Source: Planctomycetota bacterium (GTDB lineage: Bacteria > Planctomycetota > JAJSAM01 > JAJVHW01). From it: a stretch of DNA of 64,000 nucleotides. The notes under the pieces were generated by a model. It was not told the origin of the DNA, searched no databases, and saw only the letters and a program-made list of their open reading frames with translations. The stretch spans positions 39,674 to 103,673 of the forward strand of contig JAJRPF010000055.1 of the NCBI GenBank assembly GCA_024280885.1. The letters are read 5' to 3'. Both the position numbers and the translations under genes were made by a program. Of the stretch, positions 27,697 through 36,000 are shown piece by piece (position 1 is the stretch's first letter; each line of letters begins with the position of its first letter).

Positions 27697-28284
27697 ATGA
27701 ACAAGTTGATGATCTCGGCAGCGGCGTTGGTGGTGTGTGGCGGGTGCTTCCTTGCTGGTCACGTCTTCGCACAGGAAGCGAACGAGGGCGGCGGCGGCTT
27801 CCAACTTCCGGCGTGGACGCAGAAGGGGCCCCAGCACGAGGGAATGCAGAAGTCGGTCGGCACCTGGGATGTCGCGACGAAGATGTGGATGCCAGGCCAG
27901 CCTCCGATGGAGGGCAAGGACAAGACGACAAGCTCGCTGCTCTTCGACGGTCGCTTCATCGAGTCGAAGTACGAAGGTTCCATGATGGGAGTGCCCTTCA
28001 CGGGCAGACTCCTCCTGGGATTCGACCAAGTGGACAAGGAGTGGGTCGCGGTCTGGATCGACAGCATGTCCACGTATGTGTCGGTCTCACGCGGTCCCGA
28101 GGTCGATGGCGTCATCACCTTCAAGACGAACGATCCGGACTGGACGACCGGCAAGAAGAAGCCTGCCGAGATGGTCATGAAGTGGACCAGCGACGACCAG
28201 TACGTCCTCACGTTCCAAGAGAAGGGCGAAGACGGCGCGATGCGCACGACGATGGAGTTCACGTACACGCGCCAGAAAGACTGA
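27697..28284 (+). CDS. DUF1579-family small secreted protein
   Basis: Signal peptide MNKLMISAAALVVCGGCFLAGHVFA; ATG 27697 preceded by GAAGGAG; beta-rich ~170-aa mature domain. Confidence 0.6.
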   Translation: MNKLMISAAALVVCGGCFLAGHVFAQEANEGGGGFQLPAWTQKGPQHEGMQKSVGTWDVATKMWMPGQPPMEGKDKTTSSLLFDGRFIESKYEGSMMGVPFTGRLLLGFDQVDKEWVAVWIDSMSTYVSVSRGPEVDGVITFKTNDPDWTTGKKKPAEMVMKWTSDDQYVLTFQEKGEDGAMRTTMEFTYTRQKD

Positions 28285-28344
28285 TCAGGACCAACAGACC
28301 GGGGCGGCCTTGGGGCCTTATAGCCTCAAAGCCGACCCGAAAAG

Positions 28345-28505
28345 CGCCCAGCAACGTCGCATAACCCCAGCCAGACCGGGTCTATTTTCGCGCCTTTTTG
28401 AGTTGGCAAGGGCCTTTGGGGCACGTTGGACACGCGTCCGGCAGCCCCCAAAAAGGGCGTATAAACAGACCCGGTCTGCGCCTGGTTATGCGACGTTGGC
28501 TGTCT
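28345..28505. repeat. Long imperfect inverted repeat (~55-bp arms around a ~45-bp core with the palindrome GGACACGCGTCC)
   Basis: Left arm gcgcccagcaacgtcgcataaccccagccagaccgggtctattttcgcgcctttttg and right arm (reverse complement) ..caacgtcgcataaccaggcgcagaccgggtctgtttatacgccctttttg; lies between convergent genes. Confidence 0.5.
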
Positions 28506-29988
28506 GTTCTGCCTGGATCTCTGTTAGCACGTCGCGCAGCGTGTTGACGAGTAGCGCGCGTTCCCGGTCGGTGATCCGGAAGTGGGGCGTGAAGCGGAGA
28601 GCGTTGCGTCCCCCGTGGATGATGCCGACGCCGCGGAAGCGGCAGCGCTCCTCGGCGCTACCCGGGCCGATTGCGGCGACGCACTCCGGATTGAGCTCCG
28701 CGCAGAAGAGCAGACCCGTGCCTTGCACCTCGGTGATCATGTCCGGGAACTCGGCCTGAACTGCGCGCAGGTCGTCGAGAAACGCCTCGCCCTGTCGCCG
28801 GATGTTGGCGCGCACGTCGTCGGTCACCATATCGAGCGTGGCACAGGCAACGTCGAGCGCGCGTGGGTTCGTCGTCATCGTGTTTCCGTAGACGCCAATC
28901 GTGTACTCGTCGGCGGCGCGGGACGTCAGCCCGAGGACCGAGAGCGGGTACTGGCCGGCGTTCAGAGCCTTCGACCAACTCTCCATATCCGGAGCGGCGG
29001 CGTCCTGGAAGCCCGGGTAGTCCACGATCGAGAGCGTGCCCCAGGCGCGAAGGCCAGCCTGGATGCTGTCCACGACCAGGAAGCAGTCATGGGCGAGAGT
29101 CAGTTCGCGGGCGAGATCGTAGAACGGGCGCGTCATGGCGAGGCCGGGTGAACCCTCGCCTTGCACGGGCTCCATCCAGAATGCCTCGATGAAGACGTTC
29201 TCGCGCTGGGCGCGGTCGAACGCGGCGCGCAGGGCATCCAGATCGTTCGGCGGAATGGTCCAGAGGTTGTCCAGGCCCTCGAAGGACGCGAGGTAGCGCT
29301 CGTACTTGGGCCTCGTGGAGTCGGAGTAGCTCGCGGGCCGGAACGTGCGACCGTGGAAGGCCCGTTCGATGCCGAGCCCGACTCGTCTCTGCCCCGTGTG
29401 GCGGGCGCCAGGCTGCGTCATATTCTTCGCGTGAACATCGGTGATCCGCGCCGCAACGCTCATCGCCTCGGAGCCGGAATTCATGCAGAGGAATTGACCG
29501 AAAGGGCACCCCGTGCTTCGGGAATGCCCGAGTTCCGCACGGAGCCGCTCGACGAGGCGAAGCTGCGAGACGTTGGCCGTCATGATATTCGCCATGACCT
29601 GTCGACCGGCGAGGGCCCCAATCACGCTGTCCGGGGCATGGCCGAAGCCGAGCATGCCGTACCCGCCACTGTCGTGAACGACGGCTCCATGCAGCGTGAC
29701 GAGCCACGGCCCCTTGGCGGCGAGCGCCACGAAGGGGTTCAGCGCATCCGGAGAGTAGAAGTTTACGTAGCCGGCTTGCACTGCCTCGATCACGGCCAAT
29801 TCGTCTTGCAGGACCAACTCCGGGCGCTCCGCGGCGAGGGCGTCGAATGCCTCGCTGGCCCAGGCGATGGCCGTCTCTAGGTCCCCGTCGTTCTGGAGGA
29901 AGCCCGTCACGATGTCGTTAGGGAGTCCCTTCACACGGGCGGGGCCGGTGGCGGCGCGGATCCTCTGGAGTGTATCGAGCGGCTTCAT
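28486..29988 (-). CDS. Class-III PLP-dependent aminotransferase
   Basis: Class-III aminotransferase region LVVDSIQAGLRAWG and overall similarity to acetylornithine/GABA aminotransferases; start ATG 29988 (MKPLDTLQ...) preceded by GAAGAGG; the track's longer 584-aa ORF includes a non-coding 5' extension. Confidence 0.8.
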   Translation of the reverse strand: MKPLDTLQRIRAATGPARVKGLPNDIVTGFLQNDGDLETAIAWASEAFDALAAERPELVLQDELAVIEAVQAGYVNFYSPDALNPFVALAAKGPWLVTLHGAVVHDSGGYGMLGFGHAPDSVIGALAGRQVMANIMTANVSQLRLVERLRAELGHSRSTGCPFGQFLCMNSGSEAMSVAARITDVHAKNMTQPGARHTGQRRVGLGIERAFHGRTFRPASYSDSTRPKYERYLASFEGLDNLWTIPPNDLDALRAAFDRAQRENVFIEAFWMEPVQGEGSPGLAMTRPFYDLARELTLAHDCFLVVDSIQAGLRAWGTLSIVDYPGFQDAAAPDMESWSKALNAGQYPLSVLGLTSRAADEYTIGVYGNTMTTNPRALDVACATLDMVTDDVRANIRRQGEAFLDDLRAVQAEFPDMITEVQGTGLLFCAELNPECVAAIGPGSAEERCRFRGVGIIHGGRNALRFTPHFRITDRERALLVNTLRDVLTEIQAEQTANVA

Positions 29989-30290
29989 GGGGACCTCTTC
30001 GGCGGGCGACAGTCGGGATGATCGACAGGGCCAACGATGCCATCTGGACGCGCGTCCGACGACCGAATCGTGGGGGTGAGACACCGCGGCGATGAGCTCT
30101 CCCTGGGCGGCGCTGTCCCTGCTGCGAACCCCGACCGCTGAGGCTCGAACCACAATCGGTGCGCGGCGGTTGAACGGATCGACGTGGGGCGCGTCGAACA
30201 ACCTCTCGAATCGAGGGTTCGCGCGTGGCCTGGAGCGCACGCGACGGATACCATGCGCCGGGGAGTCGGATCACCGGAAGGGGGGGCACG

Positions 30291-30929
30291 ATGGGCGAGT
30301 TTCTGACATCGGTTCTCATGTACCCGACCGTGATCTTCTCGGGGCTCATGATCCTCGTGCTCATGTTCTGGATGGTCGCCATGCTTGGTGCCATCGACAT
30401 CGAAATCTTGGATATCGATGCTGACTTCGATGGCGACGCTGATCTCGACGCGGATGGGGGTGGCGGTCTCATCGATACGTTTGGGTTCGCAGGAATGCCG
30501 ATCTCGATCGCGATCTCGACCATCATTCTCTTCGGCTGGATCGTGTGCCTCGTCCTGAACGCGTACGCGATGCCCTCGGTCAGCGAGGTCCTGCCGAAGG
30601 GGGCGTCACGCGTTGTGGTCTTTCTTGCGTCCGCCGTGTTTGCTGTCGTTCTCGCTGCGGTCGCGCTGCGACCGGTGCGCAGAGTGTTCACAGGCCACAA
30701 GGCCGTCTCGAAGCACGCGCTCACGGGGCGCAACTGCCGCATCACATCGATGACGGTCACGGCAGAGCAGGGGCAGGGCGAGATCGAAGACGGCGGCGCG
30801 GGCATCGTGGCGCAGCTGCGCTGTGCTGCGTTCAACACACTGGAACTGCACTCTCGAGCGATCGTGATCGGCTATGACGCAGAACAGGATGCGTTCACGA
30901 TCGAGCCGTTGGATGAACCGGACGCCTGA
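30291..30929 (+). CDS. NfeD-like (YqiJ-type) membrane protein
   Basis: Two N-terminal TM helices, acidic linker, C-terminal OB-fold-like beta domain; sits immediately upstream of a flotillin gene (canonical NfeD-SPFH pairing); ATG 30291 preceded by GGAAGGGGGGG. Confidence 0.7.
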   Translation: MGEFLTSVLMYPTVIFSGLMILVLMFWMVAMLGAIDIEILDIDADFDGDADLDADGGGGLIDTFGFAGMPISIAISTIILFGWIVCLVLNAYAMPSVSEVLPKGASRVVVFLASAVFAVVLAAVALRPVRRVFTGHKAVSKHALTGRNCRITSMTVTAEQGQGEIEDGGAGIVAQLRCAAFNTLELHSRAIVIGYDAEQDAFTIEPLDEPDA

Positions 30930-30997
30930 GTTTCCGGTAAGACAAGAGCGAATGAGAGCGCGCGTCACGCGCTGGTGAACACGGGGAGAGACGACAG

Positions 30998-33004
30998 ATG
31001 CCGAGCATGGAAACACTGATCACAGGCGCAGCCATCTTGGGGGCCGTGTTCTTCCTCGGAATGGCCGTCCTCGTCTTCATCTCCCGCATCTACCGCAAGG
31101 TGGACCAGGGTAAGGCGCTGATCGTCAACACGATGGCTCAAGAGCCGGACGTCACATTCACCGGACGCCACGTCATTCCGGTCTTTCACCGAGCCGAGGT
31201 AATGGACATCTCGGTCAAGACGATCGAGCTCGACCGGCGCGGCAAGGAAGGCCTCATCTGCGGCGACAACATCCGCGCCGATATCAAGGTCATCTTCTTC
31301 GTCCGCGTCAGCAAGACGAAGGAGGACGTGCTCAAGGTCGCGCAGGCGATCGGCTGCGTCCGCGCGTCGGAACAGCGAACACTGGAAGACCTCTTCATCG
31401 CCAAGTTCTCGGAAGCCTTGAAGACCGTCGGCAAGCAACTCGATTTCATCGATCTGTACACCAAGCGCGACGAGTTCCGCGACCAGATGATCCAGCTGAT
31501 CGGGCGCGATCTGAACGGTTACGTCCTGGAAGACGCGGCGATCGATTACCTCGAACAGACGCCGCTTGAGATGCTCGATGAGCACAACATCCTCGACGCT
31601 GAGGGCATCCGCAAGATCACCGACCTCACGACGAAGGAACACATCCGCACCAACCTCTTCACAAACGAAGAGACGATGAAGATCAAGAAGCAAGATGTCG
31701 AGCGCGCCGAGGCGGTCTTCGCGCTGGAACGACAGGAGGCCGAGGCGAAGGCGAAGCAAGAGCGCGAGATCCGCACGGTGCAGGCGCGCGAAGCCGCCGA
31801 AACCCATAGCGTCGAGGCCGAGGAACGCCTGAAGGCCGAAGGTGCCCGGATCAAGACCGACGAGGAGCTCGGCATCCAGGAACAGAACAAGATGCGTCAG
31901 ATCGAAGTCGCGGAGAAGAACCGCGAACGCGTCATCGGCGTCGAGGAAGAGCGCGTCCTGAAGGACCGGCAGCTCGAGGCGATCGCCCGCGAGAGGGTCA
32001 CGGAACTCGAAGACATCGCGAAGGAGAAGGCGCTTGAGGTCGAACGCAAGCTGATCCAAGAGGTCATCCGCGAACGCGTGGCCGTTGAGAAATCGGTCGC
32101 CGTCGAAGAAGAGGCGATCAAGGAGATCCGCGTCGTAGAGGAGGCCAGCCGCACGAAACAGTCGGCTGTCATCACCGCGGAGGCGGAAGCGCAAGAGGCG
32201 CTGATCAAGGTCACGACAGCGGCAGAGGCCGAAGAGGCGGCCGCGCGTCACGCCGCCAAGAAGCGCGTTGTTCTTGCCGAAGCGGAACTGGAAGCGTCCG
32301 ACAAGGAAGCCGCCGCGAAGATCCGTCTGGCCGAGGGCATCCAGGCCCACGAAGCCGCCACGGGACTCGCAGCCGCGCGCGTCAAAGAAGCCGACGCGAC
32401 CGCGCACGAGAAGCACGGCTTGGCCGACGCGAAGGTGCGGCGCGAGATCGGCGTGGCCGACGGCATCGCCATCAAGGAGAAAATGTCCGCCGAGGCCGAT
32501 GGTCTCACGGAGAAGGCCGAGGCCATGAAGCTGCTGGACGGGGTCGGTCGCCAGCACGAGGAGTTCCGCATCCAACTGGAGAAGGACAAGGACGTCGAGA
32601 TCGCGGCGATCGACGCGCAGCGGCGTATCGCAGAAGCACAGGCCGAGACGCTCGGCGAGGCGTTCAAGTCGGCGGACATCGACATCGTCGGCGGCGACGG
32701 ACAGTTCTTCGACCGGATCGTCGGTGCGGTTGGACGGGGCAAGGCCATCGATGGGTTCATGCGCGGTAGCGACACGGCGCAGACCATCTTGGGCGACTAC
32801 ACCGAGGGCCGACGTAGTCTGCCGGAAGACGTGAAGGACATCCTCTCGGACCCTGCCGTCTCGACGGGTGACCTCTCCAATCTCACACTCTCAGCACTCT
32901 TCCTGAAGCTCATGCAAGGTGCAGATGGCGACACGCGCGAGAAGCTCTCGAAGCTCGCCGAACACGCCAAGGATCTGGGCCTGACGGACGCCAAGAAGAA
33001 CTAG
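30998..33004 (+). CDS. Flotillin-like SPFH/band-7 protein (YqiK family)
   Basis: N-terminal TM helix, SPFH domain (ALIVNTMAQEPDVTFTGRHVIPVFHRAEVMDISVKTIEL...), then ~350 aa of EA-rich coiled coil typical of flotillins. Confidence 0.85.
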   Translation: MPSMETLITGAAILGAVFFLGMAVLVFISRIYRKVDQGKALIVNTMAQEPDVTFTGRHVIPVFHRAEVMDISVKTIELDRRGKEGLICGDNIRADIKVIFFVRVSKTKEDVLKVAQAIGCVRASEQRTLEDLFIAKFSEALKTVGKQLDFIDLYTKRDEFRDQMIQLIGRDLNGYVLEDAAIDYLEQTPLEMLDEHNILDAEGIRKITDLTTKEHIRTNLFTNEETMKIKKQDVERAEAVFALERQEAEAKAKQEREIRTVQAREAAETHSVEAEERLKAEGARIKTDEELGIQEQNKMRQIEVAEKNRERVIGVEEERVLKDRQLEAIARERVTELEDIAKEKALEVERKLIQEVIRERVAVEKSVAVEEEAIKEIRVVEEASRTKQSAVITAEAEAQEALIKVTTAAEAEEAAARHAAKKRVVLAEAELEASDKEAAAKIRLAEGIQAHEAATGLAAARVKEADATAHEKHGLADAKVRREIGVADGIAIKEKMSAEADGLTEKAEAMKLLDGVGRQHEEFRIQLEKDKDVEIAAIDAQRRIAEAQAETLGEAFKSADIDIVGGDGQFFDRIVGAVGRGKAIDGFMRGSDTAQTILGDYTEGRRSLPEDVKDILSDPAVSTGDLSNLTLSALFLKLMQGADGDTREKLSKLAEHAKDLGLTDAKKN

Positions 33005-33012
33005 GCCGACCC

Positions 33013-36000
33013 GTGTCCGACGACAAACAGTCAGCCAACGCAGACCCCGGGGGCGGAGCGCAGACGATCGAAGAGGGGACCTACGAGGTCATCCGCAACC
33101 GGCTTCTCTCCCACGGGAAGGAGCTGGCGGGGAAGGCCGACTCTCTCAACGAAGCGCGCATCGAGATCTTCGGCGGTTCGCGCATGTCGATCATCGGCAA
33201 CGAGCGTGTGCGCACGGAGAACAACTGTGTGCCGCGCGATATCGTCGCAATCGGCAACGAGATCCTCTTCGGCTACAACGTCTTCCTCGGGCTCAAGACC
33301 GAGACGAAGCTCGCTGACGTCTTCTCACTGCAGCGGTTCGAGGCAACCGCGACCGGGTTTCAGTTCTCCGCCGCAACCGGCGCAGAGGGGCCGATCTCCG
33401 GTCGCAACCCGGTGGCTGACGAGGTCTTTCAGAAGCATTTCCGCGACCTCTATCAGTACTACAAGGATGCGAAGCTGCAGTCCCTCCGCAAGGTGGACGG
33501 CAAGCTGCTCGCGATCTTCCAGGTGGGGCGCTACCTGACCGACGTCAAGGGCTTCCAGTGGGCACTCGGAGCCGATGGATCGGTCACGTACATCGACAAC
33601 CTGGGTGATCGCCACAACCGTTACCCACCGACGCACGACTTCGAATGGACCGCGACGACGCGCGAGAATCACATCAGCGGGCAACACCCGCACGTCTCCG
33701 TTCTCGACGAGGTCTTCGTCGAGACGGTGGGTGGCGATCTGACGGTCAAGGTCGAAGACAATACGACCGACGGACTCGGTATCTATCGCGAGCCGGTGGT
33801 CGACGCCGATCAGGCGCTCGACGACGCACAGATCGACTACGCGAAGCTTGGCTCGCTGATCCTCATGCGCGTCAAGCCATACCTCGAAGAGGAGCGCCGC
33901 TACCTCGTCTTCAACACGCTGACGCGACGCGTTCATCGCATCGACGCGATCGGCAACGCTTGCGTCCAGTTGCCCGAAGACCACGGCATCATCTTCCCTG
34001 GCGGTTACTACCTGCAGCGCGGCGAGACGAAGGTCTTCGACGCCAACATCGAAGGCATGACGATCGAGCGCGTCGTGCACTCCCCCAACGGCGAGGACGT
34101 GCTCTACGTCTTCCACCGCACGCGCGATGGCGTCTACGTCCTCCTGCCGTACAACATGATCCGCAAGGAAGTGGATACGCCGCTGCACTGCCGCGGCTTC
34201 TGCCTCTTTGAAGACGGGCGTATGATCCTTCTGCGCGCGAGCGGTGACGAGCCCACACGCGTCCACGCAATGCAGATCTGGCAGACGCCGTTCACGAGTG
34301 ACGTCTTTGCTGCACAGGCCCCGACAGGCGACTCGTATCTCGAGAAGATCGGCAACGCAGATCTCGTGCGCGGGATCTCGGATTGCCTCTCGATCCGGCG
34401 CATGATCGAGGAGCAATCCCCGACACGCGAGATGTACGAGGAGTTGATCGCCGCGACGACGCGCGTTCTCGACCACTACCACTGGCTCGCCGCCACGGAG
34501 ATCGGCGATTTCCAAGCGACGTTGCGCGAGGTGCTGCAGACGGCCGAGTTGGTTGTGGACGAGTTCGAGAAGGTGCAGGTGCTACGCGGTGATGCGGCGA
34601 AGGCCATGGCCGTTGCCGAGGAACGCAAGACCGAGCTCTTCAGATCCATCCGTCCGAGCGAGTGGAAGTCGGTCGACGACTTTGTCGGCGCCCTCTCGGG
34701 GATGCGCCAGGAGCGCGGGCGGCTGATCACTCTGCGCGCGGTTCGTTACGTGGACGTCGCGCGCATCGAGCGCTTCGAGGAAGAGGTCGTCCAGCGCTTT
34801 GGCGAGGTCAGCGCGAAGGCCGTTGACTTCCTCGTCGACGCGGATGCTTTGCGTCCCTATCACGTTCGCATCGAGGAGGTCGAAGCCGACATCGAGAGCG
34901 TCACGAAGGTAACAGACGCCGTGCCGCTGGCGGAGTCGCTTGAGTCGATTGGCGAGGGTCTCGATCTGCTCACCGAGGTCGTCGGCGGTCTGGAGATCGA
35001 CGACACGACCGTGCGGACACAGATCCTGGAGTCGATCAGCGAGGCGATGGCCGCGCTGAACCGTGTTCGCGCCCTGGTCACGGCACGCCGGCGTGAGCTG
35101 GGGCACAAGGAAGGCGTGGCCGAGTTCGGCGCGCAATTCGCTCTCTTCTCGCAGAGCGTGGCGTCCGCGCTGGCGCTGGCGGAGACACCCTCGAAATGCG
35201 ACGACCAGATGTCTCGCTTGCTCGTGCAACTCGAAGAGCTCGAAGCGAAATTCAGCGAGTTCGACGATTTCCTTGAGCAACTGACCACGAAGAGGGAAGA
35301 GGTCGTCGAGGCGCTTGGTGGCAAGAAGCAGATGTTGTTGGACCAACGTCAGCGACGGGCCCAGCAGTTGATGCAGGCCGTGGAGCGCATCCTGGGCGGC
35401 GTCGCGCGGCGCGCGAGTGCGTTCAGCGAGATCGACGACCTGAACGCGTACTTCGTGTCCGACCCGATGATCCTGAAGGTGCGCGATCTGGCCGAGAAAC
35501 TCCGCGACCTCGACGACTCGGTCCGCGCGGACGAGGCGGACTCGCGCCTGAAGTCTGCTCGCGAAGATGCCGTGCGCTCACTGCGTGACAAGCGCGACAT
35601 CTTCGAGGAGGGCGGCGCGGTCATCCGTCTGGGCAAGCACGCGTTCAGCGTCAACACGCAAACCCTCGATCTTACGATGGTGCCGCACGCCGACGGGATC
35701 GCACTGCACCTGACCGGTACGGACTTCCGCGAACAGGTCGAAGACGACGCCTTCGCAGCGACTCGTACGTACTGGTCGCAGGACGTGGTCTCCGAGACCG
35801 CAGAGGTCTACCGCGCCGAGTATCTTGCGTACTCGCTACTCGCCGCCGCCGAGCGCGGTGAGGACGGCCTGAACATGGCGCGCTTGACCGAGGCTGCGCT
35901 CGACGAGACAAAGCTCCTCGCAGTCGTACGCGAGGCCGCGGGGACACGCTACGACGAAGGCTATGAACGCGGTGTTCATGACCACGATGCGGCACTGATA

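Noticed and set aside
28290-28505. Considered whether the long inverted repeat hides a tRNA or tRNA-Sec
   Set aside because: No acceptor-stem/T-loop (GTTCGAATC-like)/CCA architecture, and no UCA anticodon loop context. The symmetry is a simple hairpin, not a cloverleaf.
29918-30838. 306-aa minus-strand ORF
   Set aside because: Antisense to nfeD and crosses the divergent promoter region; Ser/Pro/Arg-rich low complexity.
30965-32575. 536-aa minus-strand ORF
   Set aside because: Antisense to the flotillin gene, which has a clear SPFH domain; Leu/Asp/Arg-rich reverse translation of the EA-rich coiled-coil codons.
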